Below, piece after piece: positions 1-10,939 of a DNA stretch of 64,000 nucleotides. The notes beneath the pieces were generated by a model that was not told the DNA's origin, did not search any database, and saw nothing but the letters and a program-made list of their open reading frames with translations. The stretch is from Hydrurus foetidus. Taxonomy: Eukaryota. Location: the NCBI GenBank assembly GCA_900617105.1, contig UYFQ01000032.1, positions 682,001 to 746,000 on the forward strand. Direction: 5' to 3'. Position 1 is the first letter of the stretch. Every line of letters starts with the position of its first letter. The translations under genes were made by a program, and so were the position numbers.

Positions 1-281
1 CCACCAGCCGCTTGGTGGACAGCCCCGCGTGTTTGGTAGTGTCCGACCACGGCATGAGCACGCAACTGGCCCGTATGCTGAAGCAAGCCGGTCAAACAGC
101 ACCGGAAACCAAGCCCATTTTGGAAGTGAACCCTGACCACGCGCTGGTGAAAAAGCTCGAAGGCTCAGTCCACTTCCACGACCTGGCCCACATCCTGTTT
201 GACCAAGCTTTGTTGGCCGAAGGTGGCCTGCCCGCTGACCCGGCGGCGTATGTGAAGCGGGTGAATGCGTTGCTGGTGTGA
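1..281 (+). CDS. htpG: Hsp90 chaperone HtpG, C-terminal part (truncated by window start)
   Basis: SPACLV...[13 protein letters not shown]...[21 protein letters not shown] is the HtpG C-terminal domain. Confidence 0.95.
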   Translation, partial: TSRLVDSPACLVVSDHGMSTQLARMLKQAGQTAPETKPILEVNPDHALVKKLEGSVHFHDLAHILFDQALLAEGGLPADPAAYVKRVNALLV

Positions 282-289
282 TTTTGAGA

Positions 290-358
290 TTTTTTAGAGC
301 ATCCAATTGAGCTTTACCGCTTATGAAATATGCTAGAGCAGCTACGGTATTTGTAGCA
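290..358 (-). repeat. AT-rich ~62-bp dispersed motif, copy 1 (intergenic, after htpG)
   Basis: Reverse complement reads TGCTACAAATACCGTAGC TGCTCTAGCATATTTCATAAGCGGTAAAGCTCAATTGGATG; aligns by eye with 8 other copies. Confidence 0.8.
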
Positions 359-371
359 CTCCTTTGATCTT

Positions 372-407
372 AAAACCCCAGTTGGCTTTGTGCTGCTGGG
401 GTTTTTT
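372..407. terminator. Bidirectional intrinsic terminator between convergent htpG and kup
   Basis: AAAACCCCAG...CTGGGGTTTTTT inverted repeat with A/T tracts on both sides. Confidence 0.8.
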
Positions 408-427
408 GCTGCCGGACGGATTGCCCC

Positions 428-2356
428 TCAAATCCGCACCCGCGACCCCAGCTCAATCACCGCGTTATGCGGAATCCTGAAGTAGTCCACCGCTTGGCCT
501 GCGTTGCGTGACATCGCCTCGAACAAGTTTTCACGCCACAGTGCCATCTCAGAGCCTCTTGTAGGCACCACGGTTTCGCGGCTGAGGAAGAAGGACGTGG
601 ACATCGCGTCGATATCCAACCCGTGCGAGGCGCACAGCGCCAGGGCTTTGGGGATGTTGGGCTGGTTCATAAAACCAAAGTTCAGCGTGACCTGCCAAAA
701 GCCGGGGGCCAATGGTTTGACCTCAACGCGGCGGGCAAAGCCAATCCACGGTTCTTCATGGAACACGGCGTTGACGATGATGTTGCGCTCGTGGATAACC
801 AGGTTGTGCTTCATGTTGTGCAGCAGCGCATTGGGCACCACGCCAGGCTCAGACGACAAATACACCGCCGTGCGGGCCACGCGGGTGACATGTTCGTCAT
901 GCGCCAGGGCGGTGGCAAAGCTGGCCAGCTCAGGCTGGTCAGCACGCAAAGCGGCAGACAACAGCTCGCGGCCATGCTTCCAGGTCGTCATGATGAGCAA
1001 AAACAGTGCGGCCAAAGCGAGGGGGAACCAGCCTCCTTCCACGATTTTGATCGAGCAAGAGGCCACCAACAGCGCGTCCACCGCCACAAAAATCAGCGTG
1101 GAGGCGACCGACACCCACGCGGGGTAGCCCCAGGCGTGGCGCACCACAAAATACGTCAGCACCGTGGTAATCAGCATGGTGGCCGTGACGGCAATGCCGT
1201 AAGCCGAGGCCATTGCGGTTGAGCTGCCAAAGCCAAACACAGCGGCCAGCACCGCCACCAACAAGAACCAGTTCACGCTGGGGACGTAAATCTGGCCCTT
1301 CTCATGCGCTGAGGTGTGAACGATATGCATGCGCGGCAAGTAGCCCAGCTGAATAGCCTGCTGCGTCAACGAATACGCGCCCGAAATCACCGCTTGCGAC
1401 GCGATGATGGTGGCCAAGGTGGCCACGGCCACAGCGGGCAACAGCACCACTGCTGGGAACATCAGGTAAAACGGGTTGGCAGCGGCCTCGGGGTGGGTCA
1501 GCAACAAAGCGCCCTGACCCATGTAGTTCAGCGCCAAACAAGGCAACACCATGCCCATCCAAGCGATGCGGATGGCGTTTTTACCGAAGTGACCCATGTC
1601 GGCGTAGAGCGCTTCAGCCCCCGTCAGCGCCAGCACCACCGCCCCCATCGCGAGGAACAGACCCCAACCGCGTGCCACCAAAAACTGCAAGGCGACACAG
1701 GGGTCAAGCGCTTGCAAAATTTGCGGCGCTTGGGCGATGTGGAACACGCCCACACCGGCCAGCAACAGAAACCAGACCACCATCACCGGCCCGAACCAGC
1801 GTCCGACCACGGCAGTGCCTACGCGCTGCACCAGGAACAGGCCGATCAAAATCACGGCGGACAGGGGCAGCACCCAGGGCTTGAAGGCGGGGGTGACGAT
1901 TTCCAGGCCTTCCACCGCGCTCAGCACCGAGATGGCCGGAGTCAACACGCTGTCGCCGTAAAACAAGCAAGCGCCAAACGTGCCCAACAGCAGCAAACGC
2001 CGGCGCAGCTTGGGGCGGTCTGCCACTGTGGTGGAAGCCAACGCCAGCAGCGCCATGATGCCGCCCTCACCCCGGTTGTCGGCTTTGAGCACCAGCATCA
2101 CGTACTTGAGGGTGACGATGAACATCAGCATCCAAAAAATCACCGACACCGCACCGATGATGTTCTCAGGCGTAACCGGCACGCCGCCCGAGCCGGTAAA
2201 AATCTCTTTCATGGTGTACAGCGGGCTGGTGCCAATGTCGCCGTAGACCACGCCCAAAGCGGCTAGAGCCAGGGTGGCAGTGCCTTGTTTGCTGTGGGAT
2301 GCGGTGCCGCTAAGGGCGGTGACTGAGCCGTCAGGGCGGGCGAGGGTGTGATCCAA
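428..2356 (-). CDS. kup: KUP/HAK/KT potassium transporter
   Basis: [31 protein letters not shown] and QAVISG motifs; probable TTG start at 2356 after a GGAG RBS. Confidence 0.97.
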   Translation of the reverse strand: MDHTLARPDGSVTALSGTASHSKQGTATLALAALGVVYGDIGTSPLYTMKEIFTGSGGVPVTPENIIGAVSVIFWMLMFIVTLKYVMLVLKADNRGEGGIMALLALASTTVADRPKLRRRLLLLGTFGACLFYGDSVLTPAISVLSAVEGLEIVTPAFKPWVLPLSAVILIGLFLVQRVGTAVVGRWFGPVMVVWFLLLAGVGVFHIAQAPQILQALDPCVALQFLVARGWGLFLAMGAVVLALTGAEALYADMGHFGKNAIRIAWMGMVLPCLALNYMGQGALLLTHPEAAANPFYLMFPAVVLLPAVAVATLATIIASQAVISGAYSLTQQAIQLGYLPRMHIVHTSAHEKGQIYVPSVNWFLLVAVLAAVFGFGSSTAMASAYGIAVTATMLITTVLTYFVVRHAWGYPAWVSVASTLIFVAVDALLVASCSIKIVEGGWFPLALAALFLLIMTTWKHGRELLSAALRADQPELASFATALAHDEHVTRVARTAVYLSSEPGVVPNALLHNMKHNLVIHERNIIVNAVFHEEPWIGFARRVEVKPLAPGFWQVTLNFGFMNQPNIPKALALCASHGLDIDAMSTSFFLSRETVVPTRGSEMALWRENLFEAMSRNAGQAVDYFRIPHNAVIELGSRVRI

Positions 2357-2416
2357 GGGGATCTCCAAAAGTCTTGAAGATCCGTTTGTAACGGCGGGGG
2401 TGTAAAAATCGCATAA

Positions 2417-2941
2417 ATGACAAGCAAAAGCCAAACCCCAACCCGCCACACCACTGTATTGGCCAGCATCCTGGCACTGCTGCTCACGCTCGCAGGGTGC
2501 GCCACATCGCCGCCGTCACCACGCGCGCCGGCCCCGGCTGGTGGCTATGAGACCCCTTCTCGCCTGTCGCTCGCACAGGCCAACGACGTTACGCTGTACG
2601 CCATCAGCTTGGTGGGCACGCCTTACCGCTACGGCGGCAATACGCCAGCAACTGGCTTCGATTGCAGTGGCCTGATCGGGTACGTCTACAAGGCCAGGGC
2701 GGCGATAGCGTCACCGCGAACGGTGGCCGCGCTGAACGGTTGGGGCACGCCTGTTGCGGGGGGTGACGTGAGAACCGGCGATGTGGTGGTGTTCACGCAG
2801 GGCAGCACCTCAACCCATGCGGGTATTTATGTGGGCGAAGGCCGGTTTGTCCACGCCCCCTCGACAGGCGGCGTAGTGCGGCTTGACCGGTTGACCTCTG
2901 CCTACTGGGCATCGCAGCAGGTCACTTTTCGGCGGCCTTAA
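2417..2941 (+). CDS. NlpC/P60 (C40) peptidoglycan endopeptidase lipoprotein
   Basis: Lipobox [30 protein letters not shown]. Confidence 0.93.
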   Translation: MTSKSQTPTRHTTVLASILALLLTLAGCATSPPSPRAPAPAGGYETPSRLSLAQANDVTLYAISLVGTPYRYGGNTPATGFDCSGLIGYVYKARAAIASPRTVAALNGWGTPVAGGDVRTGDVVVFTQGSTSTHAGIYVGEGRFVHAPSTGGVVRLDRLTSAYWASQQVTFRRP

Positions 2942-3861
2942 CCCACCTCAGCGGCCCACGCTTGTAACTGCGCCAGCGTTGCCGTCACGCCACCACACAC
3001 CACCACCAGCACCGAGCTGAAGGTATCCAGCACGGGCAGTCGCTGGTACACCGCAGCCAGCGCTGCACCGCAAGCAGGCTCCACAACCACACGGTGGTCG
3101 TCGGCAAACTGCAAGCAGGCTGACACAGCGGCTTGGTCTGACACCACAGCGCTGTGAAGAGGCCACTGCTGGCTAACGTCAAACGCCTGTTGGCACACCT
3201 GCCGTGCGCCCAGCGAGGTGGCCAGGCTGGTGATGCCGGGCAAGGTGATGCGCGCCTTGGCCTGCATGGCTTGGGCCAGCGAATCCGCACCCTGGGTTTC
3301 AACCGCCAGCACAGGGACATCACCCCAGCCGTTGCGCTGTAGACCCTCGACCACGCCACTGAGCAAACCGCCACCCCCGACAGACAGCACCACGGCACCG
3401 GGTTTGACCCCGGCTGCGACGATTTCGTCGATCAGACTGGCGTGGCCCTGCCACAGGAGTGGGTCGTCAAACGGGTGCAAGAATGCATCGGTGGCGGTCA
3501 CCATGGACTGGGCCAGCGTGTTGGCCTCCAGCCATGAGGCACCCTGCACGATCAATTCAGCGTTCTCCTGCCGAATCAGTGCCTTGGCGCGTTCGGTGGT
3601 GGTTTCAGGCACCACGACGACCACGGGCACACCGAGCTGCCGCCCCGCATACGCCACCGCTATGCCCGCGTTGCCGCCTGAAGACGAAATGAAACGCTTG
3701 GCACCACGCTGCTGGTAGGTTTGGCAAGCCAAGCCTATGCCGCGAATCTTGAAGGAACCCGGAGCTTGCAAGGCATCGAGTTTGAGCCAAACGGGTTTGC
3801 CCAGGTGGGTTGACAGGGCGCGGGATGCGATGAGTGGGGTTTCAATGTGCAGAGGTTTCAT
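2938..3861 (-). CDS. PLP-dependent L-serine/L-threonine dehydratase (SDS-like)
   Basis: PGSFKIRG (PLP lysine), SSGGNAG, VGGGGL, VEPACGAAL; start taken at MKPLHIETP. Confidence 0.9.
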   Translation of the reverse strand: MKPLHIETPLIASRALSTHLGKPVWLKLDALQAPGSFKIRGIGLACQTYQQRGAKRFISSSGGNAGIAVAYAGRQLGVPVVVVVPETTTERAKALIRQENAELIVQGASWLEANTLAQSMVTATDAFLHPFDDPLLWQGHASLIDEIVAAGVKPGAVVLSVGGGGLLSGVVEGLQRNGWGDVPVLAVETQGADSLAQAMQAKARITLPGITSLATSLGARQVCQQAFDVSQQWPLHSAVVSDQAAVSACLQFADDHRVVVEPACGAALAAVYQRLPVLDTFSSVLVVVCGGVTATLAQLQAWAAEVG

Positions 3862-3868
3862 AGGTTCG

Positions 3869-5125
3869 TCATTTTGGCGCAGTGCCGTGAGCTCCCTCCA
3901 CCCCTCGGTCATTGGCGCTTTTCGCAGACTCATTTTTTGCAGACTCGTTCTCCACCCAGGTTTCACCGAAATCGCTGCGCACGGCAACCGTCCGGTTACG
4001 GCCTGAATTCTTGGCTTGGTACAGCGCCCGGTCAGCGCGGGCCAGCACATCGGAGGGTGTGACATCGTGCCCTTCAGCGACGGCCACGCCCACGCTGATG
4101 GTCACTTTCATACCTTGAGGCCAAATGGCAACGGCCATCGCTTCGCGCAAGCGTTCAGCCATCTGGAAAGCGCCTACCGAATCGGTGGCTGGCAGCAGCA
4201 TGGCGAACTCTTCGCCGCCGCTTCGGGCCACACAGTCAGCTTGCCGTGCATGGGCCGCAGCGATGCGTGCAATTTGTACCAACACCTCATCCCCGGTGGG
4301 GTGACCATAGGTGTCATTCACTTTTTTAAAGTGATCGGCATCGAACACTACCAAGGAGTAGCCCTCTTTGTAGCGCTCTTTTCTCGACCATTCTTTGGCC
4401 AGCACTTCATTGAAAGCACGCCGATTGAAGAGCCCTGTCAGTGCATCGTTCCTGGCAGCGGCATGCAACTGCCCAACCAGACTGGCAACCACCACATAGC
4501 CAAAAGACAGGTTGACCATGGTGGTGCTTAACATGACAGCACAAAGCAAGGGCAAACTGCCCTCAGATGTTGAACTGATAGACAGCTTCTCTGGGTCTGT
4601 CATCAAAATAAAACCACCGCGGACGACGATAGACAACACCAATAAAGAAAATACCAACGTCATCAGCCACGACAGTCGCTCGTATCGGCTTTCACGCAAT
4701 GATTGACGCATGGAACTCAACAATCGGATGATGATCCAGACAATGACAACATTGCCTACCACCACCCGTTTAACCCGCAAGGCCGGGTCTAACATCATGG
4801 TGATAAAAACCGCAGAAACCCCCAGCAACAACACAATCTGCTCACGGTCATTACTGGTGCTGCCGCGCAGAACATCGACAGCACGCCACAGACTGATGAA
4901 GGCAATGAGCAAGGCAATCTGGGCGGGCACGTCTGTCAGTTCGAGTGGCACAAAACCGCGCAACGCTAACAAACCTAACGCGACAAAGCCCGCAATACAA
5001 AACACCATGAAGTGCAAGGCAGCACGCCGCATGTCGGGTATCAGCCAAGCAGCTAAACCCCAGGCACTGCTGAACAGCATGAGCTGCAATGCAATCATTA
5101 AAAGGGAAGCTTGGTTGACGTTCAT
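3869..5125 (-). CDS. Membrane-bound diguanylate cyclase (GGDEF)
   Basis: Multiple N-terminal TM helices; DALTGLFNRR, DADHFKKVND, RSGGEEF. Confidence 0.93.
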   Translation of the reverse strand: MNVNQASLLMIALQLMLFSSAWGLAAWLIPDMRRAALHFMVFCIAGFVALGLLALRGFVPLELTDVPAQIALLIAFISLWRAVDVLRGSTSNDREQIVLLLGVSAVFITMMLDPALRVKRVVVGNVVIVWIIIRLLSSMRQSLRESRYERLSWLMTLVFSLLVLSIVVRGGFILMTDPEKLSISSTSEGSLPLLCAVMLSTTMVNLSFGYVVVASLVGQLHAAARNDALTGLFNRRAFNEVLAKEWSRKERYKEGYSLVVFDADHFKKVNDTYGHPTGDEVLVQIARIAAAHARQADCVARSGGEEFAMLLPATDSVGAFQMAERLREAMAVAIWPQGMKVTISVGVAVAEGHDVTPSDVLARADRALYQAKNSGRNRTVAVRSDFGETWVENESAKNESAKSANDRGVEGAHGTAPK

Positions 5126-5272
5126 GACTAAAGCCTAGACAAAGTTACCGCATTGTTGAGCATCTGGCCTGGCCCTGATGGGGTCGCAGGTAAATACCCG
5201 GCACAAGCACCAGCCTTCGCATTCCAAATGCATACGGGGCATGGCGGGATATAACGAAGCACGCCAAGCCGC

Positions 5273-6025
5273 CTACACCTCTGCCAGCCTGTACCCCACC
5301 CCTAATTCCGTCTGCAAATAGCGCGGTTGCGACGGGTCAACTTCGATCTTGGCACGCAGATGGCCCATGTAAATACGCAGGTAGTGCAGCTGATCGATCT
5401 GCTCAGCACCCCACACATCGGCCAGCAGTTGGCGGTGCGTAAGGACCTGGCCGGGTATTCGAGCCAAGCGCTCCAGCAGACGGTATTCGATGGGAGAGAG
5501 GTGGACGGGAACGCCCTCCAGCTGTACGCAGCGGGTGCTGCGGTTGAGCGTCAAGCCACCGATGTGCAGCACGGCGGCGGGTTGTGGCGCGGCGCTGAGG
5601 GTGGCACGGCGCAGCATGGCACGCACCCGGGCCAGAAGCTCACCCGCCCCAAAAGGCTTGGTGAGGTAGTCGTCGGCCCCAGCGTCGAGGGCGGCGATTT
5701 TTTCTTGCTCCTGGACGCGGGCAGACAGCACAAGGATGGGCACCTGCGGAGGTAAATTTTGAGCACCATCCGCACGCCGCCACTCAGCGATCAGCGCAAT
5801 GCCGTCGGCATCGGGCAGCCCCAAATCGGCGATCACCAGTTGCGGTTTGGTACGCTGCAATTCCAACCGGGCGGAGGCGGCAGAGCCTGCGTGAACGGGC
5901 CGCAACCCCGCAGCACTGAGCGAGGCGGCGACGAACTGGGCGATAGCGCTGTCGTCTTCGACAATAAGAACAGTTTCACCGCTCACTTGCATACCCCAAA
6001 AAGGTTGTTTGCTATCATTTTTCAA
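5273..6025 (-). CDS. kdpE: KdpE-like OmpR-family response regulator
   Basis: IVEDD, DLGLPD, ALDAGADDYLTKPF, YLRIYMGHLRAKIE, TELGVGYR; start could be further downstream (about 5986). Confidence 0.9.
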   Translation of the reverse strand: MKNDSKQPFWGMQVSGETVLIVEDDSAIAQFVAASLSAAGLRPVHAGSAASARLELQRTKPQLVIADLGLPDADGIALIAEWRRADGAQNLPPQVPILVLSARVQEQEKIAALDAGADDYLTKPFGAGELLARVRAMLRRATLSAAPQPAAVLHIGGLTLNRSTRCVQLEGVPVHLSPIEYRLLERLARIPGQVLTHRQLLADVWGAEQIDQLHYLRIYMGHLRAKIEVDPSQPRYLQTELGVGYRLAEV

Positions 6026-7635
6026 ACTACATCCACCTCTGCGCTGGGAGTGCGCAGCGGCAGCTCAATGTAAAACTCAGCACCACCGCCACTCTCGACG
6101 GTGCAGCGTCGGGCTTCGATATGCCCGCCGTGGGCTTGCACAATGGTTTGGCAGATAGAAAGACCCAGGCCGGTGCCGTGTTGCGCTGCGCTGCGGTCAC
6201 TCGCAGCGGACACACCTTGGCGGAAACGCTCAAACAGTGTGCGAGGGTCGCCCGGTGGCAGACCGGGGCCGTGGTCACGCACGGCGATGAACACGCCTTC
6301 ACGGCTGCGGCCCGCTTGCAGCACGATGCGCCCGCTGGTGGGCTGGCCGTAGCGGGCGGCGTTGTCCAGCAGGTTCGCCATGACCTGCAACAGCAACAGC
6401 GCCTCGGCTTGCACAGGGGGCAGATCGCGCCCTACACGCAGCTCGATCAGCGGGGTTTGCCAGCGCCGCCGGGCACGGGTGACGGCTTCACCGAGGATTT
6501 CTTCCAGCGATTCCCATTGCAAGGTCAGCGGATTTTGGGGGCTGAGGCGTGCCCATTGCAGGGTGTTGTCGGCCATCAGCGTCATGTCGCGGGCGAGGTC
6601 TTCCAGGTTACGCAGCAGCTTGTCACGCTGGAGGGGTGTCAGACTGCTCTGCTGCTCACGCAGGGTGCTGGCACTGCCCATGATGCCGGCCAGCGGGGTA
6701 CGCAAATCATGAGCGAGGGACGACAACAAGGTGTTGCGCAAAGCCTCGCTGTGGGCGCTGGTTTGGGCAGCACGGGCCAAGGCTGCAGCACGCTCACGGT
6801 CTACGCACAGGCCAATTTGCCGCACCAAAGCCCCCCAATGGGCCAGGGTAGCGTGGTCGGGCTCAGACGCGGACGCGGGCACCGCGTCTGAAGGCAGCAG
6901 CAGTTGCACAACCCCGGTTGGCGCGTGGCGGGCAAACGGGGCGCACCACAGCGGCAAATCAGGCCAGTCGGTGCAGCCTCGGCCCAAGGGGCGGCGGTTT
7001 TCGAGGGCCCAAGTGGCAGAGCGCAGGTGAAACGCGGGGGTGTCGCCCGATTCCCCATCGCCGTCGGGTGCGCCAAAGCAGGTCAGGGAGGCGATGCGCA
7101 CAGGTGCGGTTTGCCCCTGAAGGTCAACAAAAACAGCACAGGGCAGTGCCAAGGTATCGGCCATCCACTGCGCAGCGGCTTGGGCCATGCGGTCTGCGCC
7201 TGGGGGGCCATCGGCGAGATGCTCGGTCAGTGCCAGCAGCTGCTCGGTATGTCGGCGGCGGGTTTCGGCCAGTGCGCCCCGCCCTCGCAAACGGGCAATC
7301 AAGGCGCTCAACACCAGCGACACCCCCAGCAAAACACCCAGTACCAGCAGGTATTCCGCATCGTCCACATGGAAGGAGTGGCGGGGCGGTACAAAAAAGT
7401 AATTCAAAGCGGAAACGCAACACACCGCCGCCAAGACGCCGGCCCAGCGCGGCAGAACAGCTGCAGCGGCCACCACAGCCAGCAGGTAGACCATCGTGAG
7501 GGCAACCGCAGACATACGGGTATCCAGCCAACAGTTGACTGCGGTGGCGGCAGCGCTCAGCGCCAGGGCGATACCGACCGATGGCCAAGGGGAGATGGGC
7601 AATGGATGGAAATTTGAGGAAGGAAGACGTGCCAC
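6022..7635 (-). CDS. kdpD: KdpD-like sensor histidine kinase (DUF4118 TM + HisKA + HATPase), lacking the N-terminal cytoplasmic domains
   Basis: NYFFVPP, RNTLLSSLAHDLRTPL, NLLDNA, DHGPG, GTGLGL; overlaps kdpE; start uncertain. Confidence 0.82.
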   Translation of the reverse strand: MARLPSSNFHPLPISPWPSVGIALALSAAATAVNCWLDTRMSAVALTMVYLLAVVAAAAVLPRWAGVLAAVCCVSALNYFFVPPRHSFHVDDAEYLLVLGVLLGVSLVLSALIARLRGRGALAETRRRHTEQLLALTEHLADGPPGADRMAQAAAQWMADTLALPCAVFVDLQGQTAPVRIASLTCFGAPDGDGESGDTPAFHLRSATWALENRRPLGRGCTDWPDLPLWCAPFARHAPTGVVQLLLPSDAVPASASEPDHATLAHWGALVRQIGLCVDRERAAALARAAQTSAHSEALRNTLLSSLAHDLRTPLAGIMGSASTLREQQSSLTPLQRDKLLRNLEDLARDMTLMADNTLQWARLSPQNPLTLQWESLEEILGEAVTRARRRWQTPLIELRVGRDLPPVQAEALLLLQVMANLLDNAARYGQPTSGRIVLQAGRSREGVFIAVRDHGPGLPPGDPRTLFERFRQGVSAASDRSAAQHGTGLGLSICQTIVQAHGGHIEARRCTVESGGGAEFYIELPLRTPSAEVDVV

Positions 7636-7743
7636 AGCGGGATCGTACCGCCAGTGGCCCATGTCGCACAGAAACAAAAACACCCGTCTGCAGGGGTTTT
7701 CGTATTCCGCTATTGTCAGCTTTGCTGTCTACGGAGCTTTTGT

Positions 7744-8355
7744 ATGTATTTTTCTGTCCTGCCTCTTCTGTTTTGCTTTGCCTTGTCATTCACGGTTACT
7801 TCGGCGTTGGCGGCCACACTGCAAGTAGATCTGCAAGACAGCAACGGCAAACCCCTGGCAGATGCAGTGGTATTTTTGGAGTCACGCGATGCCAAAGCCG
7901 CTGCCAAGCCTGCCATGGGCATTGAAGTCGCCCAAGTGGGTAAGCAGTTTGCACCCCAGGTGAATGTGGTGACGGTGGGAACAGCTGTGCAGTTTCCGAA
8001 CCGGGACACAGTACGTCACCATGTGTATTCTTTTTCTGCGATCAAAAACTTTGAACTGAAACTCTACGTGGGTACACCCGCCGCACCTGTGGTGTTCGAC
8101 AAACCTGGCATCGCAGTGCTGGGCTGCAATATCCATGACGCCATGACCGCATGGATAGTGGTGGTAGAAACGCCCTACTATGGCCGCAGTGCCCTTGGCG
8201 GGCACGTCACACTAGAAAATGTGCCGCCAGGGTCGTACCGGCTGCGCGCTTGGCACCCTAGTCTGCCGGTGGGCGCACCGGCTATCGACCAAGCACTTTC
8301 GTTAGCCCCCGCAGGTGGCAGCATCCCGCTTAAATTACCCGTCAAGGCGCTGTAA
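7744..8355 (+). CDS. Exported cupredoxin-like ('methylamine utilization') protein
   Basis: Signal peptide; FPNRDTVRHHVYSFS and GCNIHDAM (Cys/His/Met copper-type ligands); GGAG RBS. Confidence 0.8.
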   Translation: MYFSVLPLLFCFALSFTVTSALAATLQVDLQDSNGKPLADAVVFLESRDAKAAAKPAMGIEVAQVGKQFAPQVNVVTVGTAVQFPNRDTVRHHVYSFSAIKNFELKLYVGTPAAPVVFDKPGIAVLGCNIHDAMTAWIVVVETPYYGRSALGGHVTLENVPPGSYRLRAWHPSLPVGAPAIDQALSLAPAGGSIPLKLPVKAL

Positions 8356-8402
8356 TGACACTGGAACGACACCATGCCGACGTTGTGCCCCTTGCGATTT
8401 GA

Positions 8403-10850
8403 ATGCGACTTGTGAACGCTCTAACTCCCTCCCACTTTTTGCACTCCAAGCACTTAAACCACCGCCACTGGCGGCTGGCAACGCGCATCGTGATGCTGTC
8501 ACTGGGCTTGCTGCTGCTGGTGCAATTGGCAGGTTTAGAGGTGGTACGACGCAGCATTGACCTCAATGCCAGGGTGCAGGTTGCGAAAGACTTGCAGCTA
8601 GGGGAACGAGTCTGGCAGCGGCTGTTAGACCAAAACGCTCAAAAACTGCGCTTAGGGGGAACGGTGCTGGCCGCAGATTTTGGCTTTCGCGCGGCGGTGA
8701 CCTCGAGTGACACCGATACCATCCAGTCTGCGCTGGAAAACAACGGTGCGCGTATCGGAGCGGCTATCACCGCGTTGCTAGACACCGAATTCAAAGTGCT
8801 CGCAGTCAGTGGATCGCTCGAGGCCGGGGGCACCAAGGCCATGCTGCCTGAGTTGGCCGGAAAAACATGGGATCCAGCGGGCAGCAACTTCGCATTGATC
8901 GACAAAACGCCCTACCAGTTCGTGGTGGTGCCGCTGCGTGCGCCCGTGGTAATTGGTTGGGTGGTGATGGGCTTCCCGGTGGGGCAGGCGCTGGTGGACG
9001 ATATGCGTGCGTTGTCTGGCCTGCATGTGAGCTTGCTCAGCCAGAGCGGGGCTGCGGGGTCGATGGATGTGGTGGCAAGCACCTTGCTGCAAAACGCTTA
9101 TGCCCAGGTGGTCGCCACCGCTCAAGATGGCAAAGACATGACCTATGTGGGCGAAACGATGGTCGCACGCACCTTGCGGATTAAATCGGGCAAAGGTGAA
9201 ATTCAAACGGTACTGCTGCGCTCGCTGGAAGAGGTCAAAGCACCGTTCAACAAAGTGCAGGTGGTGTTGGCCATCATCACCGTGGTGGGTTTACTGCTTT
9301 TTGGCATCGGTAGCGCCTACTTGGCCAGGCGTGTGACCACGCCTTTGCGCTCGTTGGTGCGCGCCACCGAACGCTTGGGCAAGGGCGATTTGGAAACACC
9401 GGTGCGGCATACCGACCGGCACGATGAGTTTGGCGAACTGGCCAAGTCGTTTGACACCATGCGTATGAACATTGCCACCCACCAAGCCGAAATCAACCAG
9501 CTTGCTTACTGGGATCGCCTGACCGGTCTGCCCAACCGGGTGCGTTTTCAGCAAGCGTTGACCACCGCCATAGAGGCCCACGCAGCAGCAGGCGCAGGCC
9601 TGTCGGTGGTGTTTTTGGACATTGACCGTATCAAGCATGTGAACGAAGTGCTGGGCTACAACTTTGGCGACCGGTTGCTGCAAACCGTAGCTGAGCGTTT
9701 GCAGCAAACCGTGCAGCGCGAAGGCTATGTGGTGGGTCGCTTGGGTGGCGATGAATTTGCCATTTTGCTGACACACAGCAACGTGGAAGACGCCATCTCG
9801 CTCTCGCGCCGCATCGCCCAGTCGTTCGAGACCCCCATGACGCTTGACGACCACACCGTAGATATCGGCGCAGGCGTGGGCATCGCCTGCTACCCTGCCC
9901 ATGCAGACAACGCAGACCAGTTGCTCAGCCACGCCGAAGTGGCCATGTACGCGGCCAAGCACAAGTCCACCGAAGCAGTGATCTATGACCCGGCACTGGA
10001 TTCATCGAGTGCACAAACACTTTCCTTGCTGTCTGAACTGCGCCAAGCCGTGGAGCTTGGCGAGCTGCGCCTGTATTTGCAACCCAAAATTGGTTTGTCC
10101 AACAACGCCGTGGTGGGTGCCGAGGCATTGGTGCGCTGGCAACACCCGGTACGTGGGCTGGTGCCACCCATGATGTTCATCCCCTTTGCTGAGCAAACCG
10201 GCTTTGTACGCCACCTCACCCTCTGGATGCTGGAAGAAGCCGCCAGCCGCTGGAACGAGCTGCAAGCGGTTGGCATGGCATCAGACACCCCGTTGATGAT
10301 CGCCATCAACCTCTCCACGCGCGACCTGCTTGACCAGGACTTCCCGACCAAGCTGGACAACATTCTGGTGAAACACAAAATCCCCGCGCAGGGGCTGTGT
10401 CTGGAAATCACCGAAAGCGCCATCATGGAAGACCCTCAACGGGCCGAGAACACGCTGAACCGCCTGCACGCACGCGGCTTCAAACTGTCGATTGATGATT
10501 TTGGCACCGGCTACTCGTCACTGGCCTACCTCAAGCGCCTGCCGGTCGAGCAGCTGAAAATCGACAAATCGTTTGTGATGAACATGCAAAGCGATGCCAA
10601 CGATGCCACCATCGTGCGTTCGACAATTGACTTGGCCCATAACCTGGGTTTAAGCGTGGTGGCGGAAGGCGTAGAAAACGAAGAGATTTGCGTGCTGCTG
10701 CGTGCGCTGAACTGCGATGAAGCACAGGGCTACCACCTGAGCCGCCCCATGCCAGTGGAAGATTTCATCGCTTGGCACCAGCGGTGGATAGCCAAAACGG
10801 CTGAGGCTGAAATCGAGAAGGCCCAAAACCAGCCTGTGTTTCACATCTAG
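8403..10850 (+). CDS. Membrane sensor (Cache-like) HAMP-GGDEF-EAL protein
   Basis: Two TMs flanking a periplasmic domain, HAMP (DEFGELA), LGGDEF, EAL, DDFGTGYSS. Confidence 0.93.
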   Translation: MRLVNALTPSHFLHSKHLNHRHWRLATRIVMLSLGLLLLVQLAGLEVVRRSIDLNARVQVAKDLQLGERVWQRLLDQNAQKLRLGGTVLAADFGFRAAVTSSDTDTIQSALENNGARIGAAITALLDTEFKVLAVSGSLEAGGTKAMLPELAGKTWDPAGSNFALIDKTPYQFVVVPLRAPVVIGWVVMGFPVGQALVDDMRALSGLHVSLLSQSGAAGSMDVVASTLLQNAYAQVVATAQDGKDMTYVGETMVARTLRIKSGKGEIQTVLLRSLEEVKAPFNKVQVVLAIITVVGLLLFGIGSAYLARRVTTPLRSLVRATERLGKGDLETPVRHTDRHDEFGELAKSFDTMRMNIATHQAEINQLAYWDRLTGLPNRVRFQQALTTAIEAHAAAGAGLSVVFLDIDRIKHVNEVLGYNFGDRLLQTVAERLQQTVQREGYVVGRLGGDEFAILLTHSNVEDAISLSRRIAQSFETPMTLDDHTVDIGAGVGIACYPAHADNADQLLSHAEVAMYAAKHKSTEAVIYDPALDSSSAQTLSLLSELRQAVELGELRLYLQPKIGLSNNAVVGAEALVRWQHPVRGLVPPMMFIPFAEQTGFVRHLTLWMLEEAASRWNELQAVGMASDTPLMIAINLSTRDLLDQDFPTKLDNILVKHKIPAQGLCLEITESAIMEDPQRAENTLNRLHARGFKLSIDDFGTGYSSLAYLKRLPVEQLKIDKSFVMNMQSDANDATIVRSTIDLAHNLGLSVVAEGVENEEICVLLRALNCDEAQGYHLSRPMPVEDFIAWHQRWIAKTAEAEIEKAQNQPVFHI

Positions 10851-10939
10851 TGGACATCAAAGCGATTAAGCCACCTTTGCGATAACGTTCAGGGGCCGCT
10901 TTGTGCCTAAAGCAGACAACCCTACTCAGCCTTCACTGC

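Noticed and set aside
3918..3952. 15-bp duplication encoding NESAK-NESAK at the GGDEF C-terminus
   Set aside because: Trivial slippage in a non-conserved tail.
5990..6050. TGCTATCATTTTTCAAAC at the kdpD/kdpE overlap as a further copy of the AT-rich motif
   Set aside because: Only a half-site matches; the second palindrome is not convincing without a profile score.
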